Shown: positions 1 to 10,169, numbered from the stretch's first letter. The stretch: 64,000 nucleotides of DNA from an uncultured cyanobacterium (GCA_963803805.1 CAWDOD010000003.1:128001-192000), one strand, 5' to 3'. The notes: generated by a model from the sequence alone, not told the origin. Numbers and translations are program-made.

Positions 1-1
1 G

Positions 2-76
2 GCTTGGAGTGCAATTTTAATTCTGCCTGTGTTGAGTTTTACTACAGCAGTCGTAGTTTGGTGGCGACGAAGATAA
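2..76 (+). CDS. 3' end of a membrane protein (GldG-like ABC-transport-associated protein), partial
   Basis: Manual translation AWSAILILPVLSFTTAVVVWWRRR*: a terminal TM helix plus WWRRR, typical of cyanobacterial GldG-family C-termini. Confidence 0.55.
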   Translation, partial: AWSAILILPVLSFTTAVVVWWRRR

Positions 77-104
77 ATCATTGCTCATTTATCAAGAGTA
101 GTAT

Positions 105-395
105 TTAGTTAACTAAAGCCATCCTTAACAGGCCTTGCTGTCCAATGAGAATTTCTCTTAAGAGACTTAAAATTCCTACCCAGATAATGGGGCTGATATC
201 TACTCCGCCAATAGGAGGAACTATTTTACGGGTAGGGATGAGGAAAATTTCTGTGGGTAAGGCAATCAGCTTAAAAGGAAAGCTGTTGAGGTTAACTTGG
301 GGATACCAAGTGAGGATGATGCGAAAGATAAAAAATAAAGTCAGTATCCCCGACAACAGACTCAAAATCCAGATGGTTATGTTAAGAGGATTCAT
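105..395 (-). CDS. YggT family membrane protein (Ycf19/YlmG-like)
   Basis: RIILTWYP...PTE.FL.PTRKIVPPIGGVDISPIIW motif; start trimmed to MNPLN at 395. Confidence 0.9.
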   Translation of the reverse strand: MNPLNITIWILSLLSGILTLFFIFRIILTWYPQVNLNSFPFKLIALPTEIFLIPTRKIVPPIGGVDISPIIWVGILSLLREILIGQQGLLRMALVN

Positions 396-553
396 AAATT
401 TTTCAAAAAAGACAATATTAAACTTTGTAAACAAACCTGAGTTTATTTTATCTTTAATTTTGCTAAGAAAATGACAATTGACCAAAAACCAAGGCTGGAA
501 ATGAGCTTGTGCCAATGTTTTCGCTCAAGTTGGCAAGAATATTTTCTTTTGAT

Positions 554-571
554 GTGACAAACTATTACAAT
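554..571 (+). promoter_or_regulatory. Possible HLR1 (RpaB) site upstream of psbX
   Basis: GTGACAAA-CT-ATTACAAT is an imperfect match to the (G/T)TTACA(T/A)(T/A)-N2 direct repeat. Confidence 0.3.
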
Positions 572-611
572 TAATAATCACAATAGTAAATCTTAAAATA
601 GGGACAATTCT

Positions 612-731
612 ATGACACCTTCTTTAGCAAACTTTTTCTACAGTCTACTTGCTGGCCTTTTAATCGTGGTTGTTCCCACATTAGTAGGTTTGGTCTTTAT
701 CAGCCAAGCAGACAAAGTGAAGCGTTCCTAA
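612..731 (+). CDS. psbX: Photosystem II protein PsbX
   Basis: Manual translation MTPSLANFFYSLLAGLLIVVVPTLVGLVFISQADKVKRS (39 aa, absent from the ORF track); yggT-psbX-ycf66 synteny. Confidence 0.95.
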   Translation: MTPSLANFFYSLLAGLLIVVVPTLVGLVFISQADKVKRS

Positions 732-880
732 AATTAAGGGCTAGGTTAAATAACCTATAATTTAGGCAGCAAGTTGGGGACAGGAAAATATTCATCTCAG
801 ATGAGAACTGAATTTCTACTTTTTCTAGTCCCCATAAACTGTTTAAGCTGCTACCATAGGACTGACTTAGGAGAGCAGCA

Positions 881-1828
881 ATGGTGATTTTTAGGCTATA
901 CTCAACCAGTGTTCTGGCACAAGTAAATATCGGTGGAAGTTCAGCCGTTATTCTAGGTATTGTGATTGCAGTAGCAGGAGCATTACTTTATTTCTTACGT
1001 TCCATTCGCCCGGAATTATCTAGAGATCACGACATCTTTTTTGCCGCTGTTGGCTTGTTGTGCGGCTTCATTTTGATATTCCAAGGCTGGCGACTAGACC
1101 CAATCTTGCAATTTGGCCAATTTCTTCTTACTGGCTCGACAATTTTCTTTGCTTTAGAAACAATTCGTTTGCGGGGAGTAGCAACGGAACAAGCGAGGCG
1201 AGACACGCCCATTGTAGACGATGAACGCCCCGTAAGTAGAGTTTATCGTGCTGAATTAGATGAGTTAGAACCCTACGAAGAAGAACGTTACGATAATCGT
1301 CGTTTGCGAGGTTATCAAGATCCTCGTAGCAATCGCCGTCCCCCAGCAACAGCAACCACCTCCGATTATCCTAGTCCTAGTGCTAGAGATGGTCTGGATA
1401 CTTCAGAACGGGATCGCTACAATTCTAGAGATGATTATAGAGAACGTCCCCCTAAGCGTCGCCCTCGTAAAACTCCTGTTCAAAACCCCTATGATGATTG
1501 GAGTGATGAAGCTGAGACTTGGAGGGAGCAACCAACTACTCCTCCCCAACGTCCTCCTCGCCGCCCTCGTCCTCAACAACGGCCACCGCAAGAAACCAGG
1601 AGTGAGGAAGACCGCCCTAGGCAAACAAGAAAGCGTCGTCCTCGCCCTTCTGATGTAGGTTACAAACCACTTATACCGGAAGAAGAAGTAATGCCGACCG
1701 AATATGTTGACTATCAACCCATAGATGAGTTAGACGATCAACCAAAAGACGAACCGAAAGATCGAGATGAACCTAGCGATCGCCAAGATTCAGAAGTTAA
1801 AGATAATCTTGGTAATTTTGATTATTGA
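881..1828 (+). CDS. ycf66: Ycf66 family protein
   Basis: LYFLRSIRPELSRDHDIFFAAVGLLCG...QGWRLDPILQFGQFLL N-terminal domain followed by an R/P/D-rich disordered tail. Confidence 0.9.
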   Translation: MVIFRLYSTSVLAQVNIGGSSAVILGIVIAVAGALLYFLRSIRPELSRDHDIFFAAVGLLCGFILIFQGWRLDPILQFGQFLLTGSTIFFALETIRLRGVATEQARRDTPIVDDERPVSRVYRAELDELEPYEEERYDNRRLRGYQDPRSNRRPPATATTSDYPSPSARDGLDTSERDRYNSRDDYRERPPKRRPRKTPVQNPYDDWSDEAETWREQPTTPPQRPPRRPRPQQRPPQETRSEEDRPRQTRKRRPRPSDVGYKPLIPEEEVMPTEYVDYQPIDELDDQPKDEPKDRDEPSDRQDSEVKDNLGNFDY

Positions 1829-1914
1829 GTTGCTAACGGCTAATAGCTAATGGCTTGTTGTGTTACTTCCCCTGCCTTCCCTAACTTCCCTAACTCCGAC
1901 TCCCGGCTTAAATA

Positions 1915-2472
1915 ATGCTATCGGCTTCCAATTATAAAATCTCTCGCTTGATTCCCTGGGGGATTAACTTAACCTTAATTGTGGCCCTAACAGCTTGTAA
2001 TTCTGCTGAGAGTCCTCAAAAACCGGCCACCCTCAATAGTCGTTACAATGATGAAGAGCCGGCATTAAGCGGAGATGGTCGCCTTTTAGCCTTTGTTTCT
2101 AACCGTAAAGGTCATAGCCAAATTGCCCTCTATGACTTAAAAAGAAAGCAACTCATTGACCTTCCTGGTTTAAATGAGGATAATACCATTACCCAGAATC
2201 CAAGTTTAAGTCTAACTGGCCGTTATATAGTTTATATTGCTAGCGACGGTGGCCGTCCTACCATATATCTTTATGACCGCATAACCGAAAAATCCGAAGT
2301 TCTTAGCCGCAACTATCGTAGTTGGGTACGCAACCCCCACATAAGTCCTGAAGGACGTTATATAGTATTTGAATCTGCACGTCGAGGTCAATGGGATATT
2401 GAAATTCTTGATCGAGGTCCTGATATTGAATTAGATATTATTGATGGAACCTCTATTACTGGACCAGAATAA
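1915..2472 (+). CDS. TolB-like PD40-repeat lipoprotein
   Basis: Lipobox LTAC; repeats PALSGDGRLLAFVS, PSLSLTGRYIVY, PHISPEGRYIVF. Confidence 0.85.
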   Translation: MLSASNYKISRLIPWGINLTLIVALTACNSAESPQKPATLNSRYNDEEPALSGDGRLLAFVSNRKGHSQIALYDLKRKQLIDLPGLNEDNTITQNPSLSLTGRYIVYIASDGGRPTIYLYDRITEKSEVLSRNYRSWVRNPHISPEGRYIVFESARRGQWDIEILDRGPDIELDIIDGTSITGPE

Positions 2473-2496
2473 TCAAGGTAATAAGTAACACTGCCA

Positions 2497-3003
2497 ATGT
2501 CCTCCAAATATCTACTTCTCGTCGTTCTCAGCAGCTTACTAACTAGCTGTGGAAGTTACCCCCGCTTACTTAATTCTCCTTTTGATTCTGGGGGACGTAG
2601 CTTAAATAGTCCGGCGGCTGAACTAGAACCAATAATTGCTGCTAATTATATTGTCTTTGTTTCTGATCGAGGTGGTTCTCAGGATATTTATCTTTATAAT
2701 ACTGCTCAAAAAAAACTAGTTAACTTACCAGGACTTAATTCTTTAGATGCGATCGCCTCTCATCCTTCAGTATCTGAAGATGGTCGCTACATTGTGTTTA
2801 CTGCCAGTCGCCAAGGTAACAGAGGAGTTTATCTTTATGACAGGGAAACTACTCAAAGCCGCAATCTTACCAATAATTTAGCAGCAGAAGTACGTAACCC
2901 TTCTATTAGTGCTGATGGTTCTACTATCGCCTTTGAAGCGAATACTGACGGTCAATGGGATATTTTAGTTTATGAAAGTTCTGGAAAGCCTATAGATCAA
3001 TGA
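2497..3003 (+). CDS. TolB-like PD40-repeat lipoprotein
   Basis: Lipobox LTSC; repeats PSVSEDGRYIVF, PSISADGSTIAF. Confidence 0.85.
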   Translation: MSSKYLLLVVLSSLLTSCGSYPRLLNSPFDSGGRSLNSPAAELEPIIAANYIVFVSDRGGSQDIYLYNTAQKKLVNLPGLNSLDAIASHPSVSEDGRYIVFTASRQGNRGVYLYDRETTQSRNLTNNLAAEVRNPSISADGSTIAFEANTDGQWDILVYESSGKPIDQ

Positions 3004-3022
3004 TCACTTAGCAGTTATCAAT

Positions 3023-3049
3023 GGGCGGCTTGCTGTTGTGGTTAGGAAT
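3023..3049 (-). repeat. 27-bp small dispersed repeat, copy 1 (degenerate)
   Basis: gggcggcttgctgttgtggttaggaat has 5 mismatches to the copy at 20454. Confidence 0.5.
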
Positions 3050-3104
3050 CAGTTATCAGTGTAGAGATTGCTGTTTTTGCTAAATCGTTGGTTTTTCTTC
3101 TTTG

Positions 3105-3608
3105 ATGATCAAAAGCAAAGTTTTAATCTGCTTACTACTTGTTTTAACTATTAGTAGCTGTACTAATGGCTTATTTGTTTCGCCGCAAATTCCTACTGGG
3201 GGAATAAATAGTCGCTTTCCAGATGAGTATCCTAGTTATAGCGGCGATGGTCGCTATCTTGCCTTTGCTTCGGATCGTCAGGGTCATAGAGATATTTACC
3301 TGTACGATAATCAAAGACGCACCTTAGTTGCCCTACCTAATCTCAATCATCGCAACTCTAGTCAAGACCAACCTGCCTTAAGTAATAAGGGGCGCTACAT
3401 CGCCTACGTTTCTACAGAAAGGGGCAAAACAGATATTTTCGTTTATGACCGCAACAGCCAAAGATCCCAGCTTTTAAGCGCCAATATTCGCGGTTCTGTA
3501 CGACATCCTACTATCGCTGGGAATGGTAGTTCTATAGCTTTTCAAACTAGTCAGTTGGGTCAATGGAATATTGCCATTGTAGAAAGAAATATCTCCCCAG
3601 AACAATAG
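3105..3608 (+). CDS. TolB-like PD40-repeat lipoprotein
   Basis: Lipobox ISSC; repeats PSYSGDGRYLAF, PALSNKGRYIAY. Confidence 0.85.
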   Translation: MIKSKVLICLLLVLTISSCTNGLFVSPQIPTGGINSRFPDEYPSYSGDGRYLAFASDRQGHRDIYLYDNQRRTLVALPNLNHRNSSQDQPALSNKGRYIAYVSTERGKTDIFVYDRNSQRSQLLSANIRGSVRHPTIAGNGSSIAFQTSQLGQWNIAIVERNISPEQ

Positions 3609-3765
3609 TTTGGGACTACTAGGATATATGAGTTAAATTAGATACTAATGGGTATCATTCTGTGATTGTTAACTAAAATCTTTTTCAGCATCAAAATTAA
3701 AAACTGGGAGTATATACTACCAACCAAGACTTCATCAAAGCGGTAGGGAGTAGAATTTTTTTGCC

Positions 3766-5196
3766 ATGAAAAGCAAGACTAAAAGTTTGGTTATTTTTGT
3801 CACTACCATCGGTTTTAGCCTTAGCAGTGGGATTATTCCCCTTAGCTTTCTTAACAACCAGCAACCAGCATTAGCTCAAAATAGAGACGAACAAACTAAT
3901 ATTCGTGTCTATGAAATAGCTAGTCCGGCGGTAGTTTCTGTTGAAACAGGGGATGGTAATGGTAGTGGTAGTATCATTACTTCCGATGGTTTAATACTTA
4001 CCAATGCTCATGTTGTCGAAGGTTATACAACTGCAACGGTTATTTTGGCTGATCAGCGGCGTTTAGATGCAGATGTGGTCGGTTTCGGAGAAAATGGGCT
4101 TGATCTGGCTGTTTTGAAAATTAGAGGGGTAACCAATCTGCCAACAATTAAATTAGCTGGAGAGAATTCAATCAAAGTAGGTCAAAGGGCTTTTGCTATT
4201 GGCAATCCTTTCGGACGCTTTCAAGGCACTTTTACCACCGGAATTGTTAGTCGTATTGATAGCGATCGCGGTTTAATTCAAACTGACGCAGCGATTAATC
4301 CCGGTAATTCTGGTGGCCCTCTCCTTAATTCTCAAGGGGAGTTAATTGGGGTCAATACAGCTATTTTTACTGGTAGTAGTGGTTCAGGCAATATTGGTAT
4401 TGGTTTCGCCATTGCTATACAAAGAGTAGAACCATTTTTAACTGCTGTACGTTCAGGTAATGCCCCTCGTAACACTCCCCAATCTAGGATAGCAAGGAAT
4501 AGCAATACTCCTGTTCCGCAAAACTTACCTCTCAATGGTGCAGCAATCCCCGGCAGATTAGACCAAGGGGATAATGTTTTACCTGATAATAGTTTTTTTG
4601 ATGCCTATATTTTTGAAGGGCAAGCAGGGGCGCAAATTAAAATTGATATGGCAAGCCGTGAGATAGATCCCTATCTAATTTTAATTGGTCCGGGAGGAGT
4701 GAAAGTCTCTGAAGATGATGATGGTGCAGGGGACAATAACGCGCGTATTCAAACGAGTCTGCCTGTCAACGGAACTTATTTATTAATGGCTAACTCCTAC
4801 GAACCAGGAGAGTCAGGAAGCTACAATTTAACAGCAAGGTCTGATAATAATAGTGCTATCAATCCTCCTAGAAGCAGCGGTTATCTTTTACAAGAAAGAG
4901 GTATTTTAGGCCCTGGGGCATTGATTTTGCCTTCTGATGGTAGTTTATACCAAACCCATACTTTTAACGGTCGTGCAGGTCAGTTTGTGGAACTTAAACT
5001 GGAAAGTAGCGATTTTGATACCTATTTAATTCTTCTTGATCCTCAAGGTAATAAGTTAGCTGAAAATGATGATCTTAATGACAGTAATAGTGATTCTGGT
5101 TTGAGCATTACTTTACCCGTCAATGGTAGTTATCAGGTAATTGTTAATTCCTATGATAGTAATGGCCGTGGGCGTTATTTTTTAACGGTACGTTGA
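3766..5196 (+). CDS. Trypsin-like (HtrA/S1C) serine protease with two C-terminal PPC domains
   Basis: Catalytic triad in TNAHV, DLAV and IQTDAAINPGNSGG; two PPC repeats (DPYLIL...EDDDG, DTYLIL...ENDD); no PDZ domain. Confidence 0.9.
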   Translation: MKSKTKSLVIFVTTIGFSLSSGIIPLSFLNNQQPALAQNRDEQTNIRVYEIASPAVVSVETGDGNGSGSIITSDGLILTNAHVVEGYTTATVILADQRRLDADVVGFGENGLDLAVLKIRGVTNLPTIKLAGENSIKVGQRAFAIGNPFGRFQGTFTTGIVSRIDSDRGLIQTDAAINPGNSGGPLLNSQGELIGVNTAIFTGSSGSGNIGIGFAIAIQRVEPFLTAVRSGNAPRNTPQSRIARNSNTPVPQNLPLNGAAIPGRLDQGDNVLPDNSFFDAYIFEGQAGAQIKIDMASREIDPYLILIGPGGVKVSEDDDGAGDNNARIQTSLPVNGTYLLMANSYEPGESGSYNLTARSDNNSAINPPRSSGYLLQERGILGPGALILPSDGSLYQTHTFNGRAGQFVELKLESSDFDTYLILLDPQGNKLAENDDLNDSNSDSGLSITLPVNGSYQVIVNSYDSNGRGRYFLTVR

Positions 5197-5243
5197 AAAA
5201 TTTTCTATATTAGTTATGTCAGAGATACACTGAATTGGGATAA

Positions 5244-5852
5244 ATGATAAATGAAAAAAGCTTAATTGTTTTTAGCCGTTATCCTGAACCAGGAAAGACT
5301 AAAACCCGTATGATTCCCGCTTTAGGTGCAGAGGGTGCAGCACAGTTACAGAAGAAAATGACAGAGGATACTTTGGCTGAAGCAAGAAAGTTGCTAGATG
5401 ATCATGCTACCAAAGTAACCGTTTTTTTTGCAGGAGGGAATCAACAATTAATGCAAAAATGGTTGGGTGCAGATTGGATTTATCAACCTCAAACCGAAGG
5501 AGATTTAGGGGTAAAGATGCACTCAGCATTCCAAACATCTTTTGATGAAGGTAGTAATAAAGTCGTAATTATTGGTATTGATTGCCCCGATCTAAATGCT
5601 CAATTGCTAACAGAATCTTTTCAACTTTTAACCGAGAAAGATTTGGTTTTAGGTCCTGCTCAAGATGGTGGTTATTATTTAATTGGTTTGCGTTATTTAA
5701 TTCCAGAACTATTACAAAACATTAGTTGGGGAACTTCCCAAGTTTTTGCACAAACAACAGCGATCGCAACTCAACTCAACCTAGCAACAGCTTATCTTCC
5801 TATCTTAAATGACATAGATCGTCCTGAAGACCTTTTAATCATTGATTACTGA
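5244..5852 (+). CDS. TIGR04282/DUF2064 family glycosyltransferase (CofC-like)
   Basis: PEPGKTKTR, GDLG, IIGIDCP, GPAQDGGYYLIG and DIDRPEDL motifs. Confidence 0.85.
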   Translation: MINEKSLIVFSRYPEPGKTKTRMIPALGAEGAAQLQKKMTEDTLAEARKLLDDHATKVTVFFAGGNQQLMQKWLGADWIYQPQTEGDLGVKMHSAFQTSFDEGSNKVVIIGIDCPDLNAQLLTESFQLLTEKDLVLGPAQDGGYYLIGLRYLIPELLQNISWGTSQVFAQTTAIATQLNLATAYLPILNDIDRPEDLLIIDY

Positions 5853-5878
5853 TGCTTAACGGCAACGGCAAGCCGTAC
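5852..5878 (+). repeat. 27-bp small dispersed repeat, copy 2
   Basis: atgcttaacggcaacggcaagccgtac matches the reverse complement of 20454..20480 at 24/27. Confidence 0.6.
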
Positions 5879-5970
5879 ATTGAAAATTGCTCATTAGTTT
5901 GACAGGTTGTCTTTTGCCTTTACTGAGAAAGTCAAGGAAAATATCTCTACCTTTTTAAACTTGACACAGG

Positions 5971-7218
5971 ATGAGCTATTTGATGTTGAAATGGAAGTTT
6001 TGCCAAGGGAACTTACTCCTAATTACTCTGGTTTGCCTACCTTTAGCCGCAAGATCTGAAACAGAAGAAAATATTGTTAGTATTTGCCAAGCAACTAGAC
6101 AACCTGCGGATCTAGATTGTTTGGTTGCTGAAGAAATTATCCCTAATGAATCCCTAGCTAAACTTCCAGAAGAGTTAAGTGAAGCAATTACAATCCAAAA
6201 TGATTTACCTCCTTCAATAATAAATGATCACAGGGAAGAATTACTTGCTGATAGTGATGGAGAGGTTAAAGAGGGAGATTGGTCTTCCGCTAGACCGGAT
6301 GGCCATGCACCTATTGGCGTAATGGGGGATCATGTTCATAAAGCTGGGGAAGTGATGCTTTCCTATCGCTATATGTTTATGGAAATGGATGGTAACAGAG
6401 ACGGTACTAACGATTTAACAGATGGCGAAGTCTTGCAACAATTCATGGTGACTCCTAAGAGGATGACTATGGAGATGCACATGGTGGGGGGGATGTATGC
6501 ACCGACGGATGACTTAACTTTGATGGCGATGATTCCTTTTGTTTCTTTGGAGATGGATCACGTTACTCGTTCAGGAAGGACTTTTACAACTAATTCTGGA
6601 GGTATTGGCGATGTTAAGTTAGGCGGTTTGTATAATATTATGCGCCAAGATAACCAGCGTATTCACCTTAATTTAGGGGTAAGTATTCCTACAGGTTCTA
6701 TTGAAGAAGAAGATGTTACCCCAGCTTCTGCCCCCAATGAGACGATTTTACCCTATCCAATGCAAATTGGTTCTGGTACTTTTGACCTGCTACCGGGTAT
6801 TACTTATTTGGGGCAAACCGATAGTTTATCTTGGGGTGGTCAGTTTAATACAGTGTTACGTTTAGGGGAAAATAGTAACAACTATACTTTGGGCAATCAA
6901 TATGCGTTAACTGGCTGGATTGCGAAGAATTGGACAGATTGGTTAAGTACTTCTATTCGGTTAAACGGTAAAACTTGGGGGAATATAGATGGGGCAGATT
7001 CTCGCTTGAATCCCCGCATGATTCCTACCGCAGACCCTGATAGGAGGGGTGGTACACGCCTTGATTTAGGTTTTGGTTTGAATCTCTACGCACCTCAAGG
7101 CGGGCTTAAGGGTGGGCGTTTAGCCGTGGAGTTTGAGTTGCCGATTTACCAATCCTTAGAAGGGCCACAATTGGAAACCGATTGGCAGTTAACCCTTGGG
7201 GCGCAGTATGCTTTTTGA
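5971..7218 (+). CDS. Outer-membrane beta-barrel transporter (MetA-pathway/SphA-like), His/Met-rich
   Basis: Signal peptide; RPDGHAPIGVMGDH, GIGDVKL and LPYPMQIGSGTFD motifs; C-terminal Phe (GAQYAF). Confidence 0.7.
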   Translation: MSYLMLKWKFCQGNLLLITLVCLPLAARSETEENIVSICQATRQPADLDCLVAEEIIPNESLAKLPEELSEAITIQNDLPPSIINDHREELLADSDGEVKEGDWSSARPDGHAPIGVMGDHVHKAGEVMLSYRYMFMEMDGNRDGTNDLTDGEVLQQFMVTPKRMTMEMHMVGGMYAPTDDLTLMAMIPFVSLEMDHVTRSGRTFTTNSGGIGDVKLGGLYNIMRQDNQRIHLNLGVSIPTGSIEEEDVTPASAPNETILPYPMQIGSGTFDLLPGITYLGQTDSLSWGGQFNTVLRLGENSNNYTLGNQYALTGWIAKNWTDWLSTSIRLNGKTWGNIDGADSRLNPRMIPTADPDRRGGTRLDLGFGLNLYAPQGGLKGGRLAVEFELPIYQSLEGPQLETDWQLTLGAQYAF

Positions 7219-7231
7219 GGTGGTGTTTGTA

Positions 7232-8449
7232 TCAAGCGCTTCTTAAAGCAACAATCGGATCAAGTTTTGCTGCCTGCCTTGCGGGGACAACACCAAAAAA
7301 CAAGCCAATTCCTCCTGAAACCCCTACAGCAAGGGCGATGGCAACGGGAGAGATCCCCGCTTGTAAAGGAGTAACCGCACCAATCAAAACTACACCACCA
7401 ACACCAATTAAAGTACCAATTACTCCCCCAGCAGCAGAGAGGATTACAGCTTCAATTAAAAATTGAATTAAAATATCTTTTTGCTGTGCGCCAAGGGCTT
7501 TGCGTAAACCAATTTCTTGGGTACGTTCAGTCACAGAAACGAGCATAATATTCATAACACCGATGCCCCCAACTAAAAGAGAAATTCCGGCGATCGCCGC
7601 TAATAATAAAGTTAATGCTCCGGTGATTGTACCAGCAATTTGCAGGATATCTTTTTGAGTTTGAATACCAAAATCATCTTCTCCGGTAATCTTATGACGC
7701 TGACGTAATAAGTTGGTGATTTGAAACTTGGCAGCGCTGATACTTTCTTCATTAAGAGCAGAAATAGAAATCACACTAACTTCTGTACCATAAGGAGAAG
7801 TTCTACCAACAATTTGATTAGCTACTGTGGTTAAAGGAATAAAAACACTATCATCTTGATTAGTACCAAAAAAGGAACCTTTGCCCTTCATTACCCCAAT
7901 AATTTCTAAACTAATATTTTTGACTCTTAGCTGTTTACCTAAAGGATTTTCTTCTCCAAAAAACCTTTCAGCTATTTCAGCCCCTAAAACCACAACTCGT
8001 TTATTTCCTGTCACATCTAATTCGTTAATAAATCTCCCCTTAGCAACATCAAAACTCCTCACAGTCAAAAATTCTGGCGTTACCCCCAAAACCAAAGTAT
8101 CTTTGTTATTTGCTTTATAAGTCGCGACCGCTCTAGTATTAATTTGTGGCGAAACTTCATCAATAGCCCTAGCTTGAGAAGCGATCGCTTTAGCATCTTC
8201 TAAGACTAAAGTTTTGGGTAAATCAAAGGTTGTTTGACGAGCCTCTCTAGAACCAGGAATAATAAATAAAACGTTAGGACCAAGGGACTCAAACTGTTCT
8301 GAAGCCAATTTTTGCGCTCCTTGACCAATACCAACCATAGCAATTACCGAAGCGTTACCAATAATAATTCCCAGCATAGTTAAACTGCTACGCAATTTAT
8401 TAGCAACTAAAGTTGTACTAGCCATTTTCAGGCTTTCAAAAATATCCAT
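7232..8449 (-). CDS. MacB/FtsX-type ABC transporter permease
   Basis: NKLRSSLTMLGIIIG and ISLLVGGIGVMNIMLVSVTERTQEIGLRKALGA. Confidence 0.93.
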   Translation of the reverse strand: MDIFESLKMASTTLVANKLRSSLTMLGIIIGNASVIAMVGIGQGAQKLASEQFESLGPNVLFIIPGSREARQTTFDLPKTLVLEDAKAIASQARAIDEVSPQINTRAVATYKANNKDTLVLGVTPEFLTVRSFDVAKGRFINELDVTGNKRVVVLGAEIAERFFGEENPLGKQLRVKNISLEIIGVMKGKGSFFGTNQDDSVFIPLTTVANQIVGRTSPYGTEVSVISISALNEESISAAKFQITNLLRQRHKITGEDDFGIQTQKDILQIAGTITGALTLLLAAIAGISLLVGGIGVMNIMLVSVTERTQEIGLRKALGAQQKDILIQFLIEAVILSAAGGVIGTLIGVGGVVLIGAVTPLQAGISPVAIALAVGVSGGIGLFFGVVPARQAAKLDPIVALRSA

Positions 8450-8514
8450 TGATCATTTATCATTAAACGTTTTAAAACTGGCATAAGACCATAGAATCAA
8501 TTCTTACTTACTAC

Positions 8515-9945
8515 CTATTCTCCAATTTCTTTCCGGTCTTCCGGCTGATCAATATAAACTCTTGCTCCTTTTTTAATACCAGATAAAATTTGAGTTTGAT
8601 CATCGATAGTGATACCCGTAGTTACAGGTTTAAATTCTGACTTTTTATCATTAAGAGGAACATAAACTCCAGTTTTTCCTCCCTCTGTCACAATTGCCAC
8701 TGTAGGAACTACCAAAGCCTCCTCAATTTCTTCCCCTAAAAAAGTCACATCTACATTCATTCCTGACTTGAGTTCTTCTTGCCCTGCCAATAAATTTATT
8801 TTGACTTGAAAAGAAGTAACATTTTGCTCTTCAATCGCTTCAGGAGCAACTAACTTAACTCTGCCTTGAAAAACCTGATCAGGATAAGCATCAGCAACAA
8901 CTTCTACAGGTTGCCCTAGCTTTAATTGCCCAACATCTACTTCAGGAACCTTAGCTGTAACCTCCAAACCCTTAGCTAAGGCAATAACCGATGTTGAGGT
9001 GGCCGAAGCTGTACTAGAAGCGGAGGTGGTAGGGGTGACAAAAGAGCCTTCTGTGGCGTATTTCTGGGTTATGATGCCATCAAAAGGAGCTTTAAGGAGT
9101 GTATCATCCAAATTCACTTTAGCTGCCTGTACTTGAGCCTGAGCCGCTTCAGCCGCAGCTTGAAATTGAGCCACTTCTTCGGCGCGGCTGCCTTTTTCTA
9201 ACTCTTCTAAAGCAGCCCTTGCTTCTGCTACTTGGGCTTCTAATTGGCTGATTTCTGGTGCTTCGGTTCTTTTTTCTTGTTGAAGTCGCCTTTGAGCTTC
9301 ATCTAAAGATGCCTTGGCATTACGATATTCAGTGAAGGTTTCTTGGTATTGATCTTCCGAGATCGCCCCCTGTTGCCATAAAGTTTGGTAGCGTTTGGTG
9401 CGCTCTTCGGCTAAATCTAACCTTGCGCTAGCTGCTTCAATCTGGGACTCCCCTTGGGCAATTTGTTCAGGGTTAGAAAGCGTAGCTTCCTGTAAGCGAG
9501 ACTCCGCCTGTGCTAAACGCGCTCTTCCTTGGAGAATATCCCCTTTGCGATTACCAGCCAAGGCTTCATCTAATCTGGCTTTAGCTTGTTTATAATCAGC
9601 CTGGGCGCGAGCATACTGAGCTTGTAAGTCCTTATTTTCCATAATGGCTAGAACTTGCCCCTGCCGAACTTTCTGCCCCTGCTCAACTAAAAGTTCCCTC
9701 AACCTACCAGGATTTTTAGGGCTAATATTGACACTTTGAATCGGTTCTACTTTGCCACTAGCCGGGATACGTAAAGTGAGGTCTTTTGCTTCTACTGGTA
9801 CAGTTAATTCTTCTAATTCTTGTTTAGGGCGACTACTATTAATAGCTAAATAGCCAAGGCTACCAAAGATTAAAGTACTTGCAGTTGCTAGTCCTATCCC
9901 CCAACGTAAAGGTCGTTTAACTTTACCAAATAACGGAATTTCCAT
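8515..9945 (-). CDS. Efflux periplasmic adaptor subunit (MacA/HlyD family)
   Basis: N-terminal TM helix, lipoyl half-motifs, long coiled-coil hairpin, KAPFDGII. Confidence 0.9.
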   Translation of the reverse strand: MEIPLFGKVKRPLRWGIGLATASTLIFGSLGYLAINSSRPKQELEELTVPVEAKDLTLRIPASGKVEPIQSVNISPKNPGRLRELLVEQGQKVRQGQVLAIMENKDLQAQYARAQADYKQAKARLDEALAGNRKGDILQGRARLAQAESRLQEATLSNPEQIAQGESQIEAASARLDLAEERTKRYQTLWQQGAISEDQYQETFTEYRNAKASLDEAQRRLQQEKRTEAPEISQLEAQVAEARAALEELEKGSRAEEVAQFQAAAEAAQAQVQAAKVNLDDTLLKAPFDGIITQKYATEGSFVTPTTSASSTASATSTSVIALAKGLEVTAKVPEVDVGQLKLGQPVEVVADAYPDQVFQGRVKLVAPEAIEEQNVTSFQVKINLLAGQEELKSGMNVDVTFLGEEIEEALVVPTVAIVTEGGKTGVYVPLNDKKSEFKPVTTGITIDDQTQILSGIKKGARVYIDQPEDRKEIGE

Positions 9946-10169
9946 ATTTTTAGCGATTGTTGTTCAAGTATCGCTTCTGTAATCATCCTCATCTCTCTAG
10001 CATAACCAAAATGGTCTTGGGACATTTATCAAGGGCAACCCAAGTTAAATTCTGATTCGTCGATAATACCTGGAAAACCGGTCGCCCCTACAATGATTAT
10101 TGATTGTTGGTCACTAACCATTGATAACCGACTGTACTAGGATATTGTTAATGATTATGAGGCGGCACC

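Noticed and set aside
145-474. ORF antisense to yggT, and other short overlapping ORFs in the track
   Set aside because: They lie inside well-supported genes on another strand or frame and have no recognisable motifs
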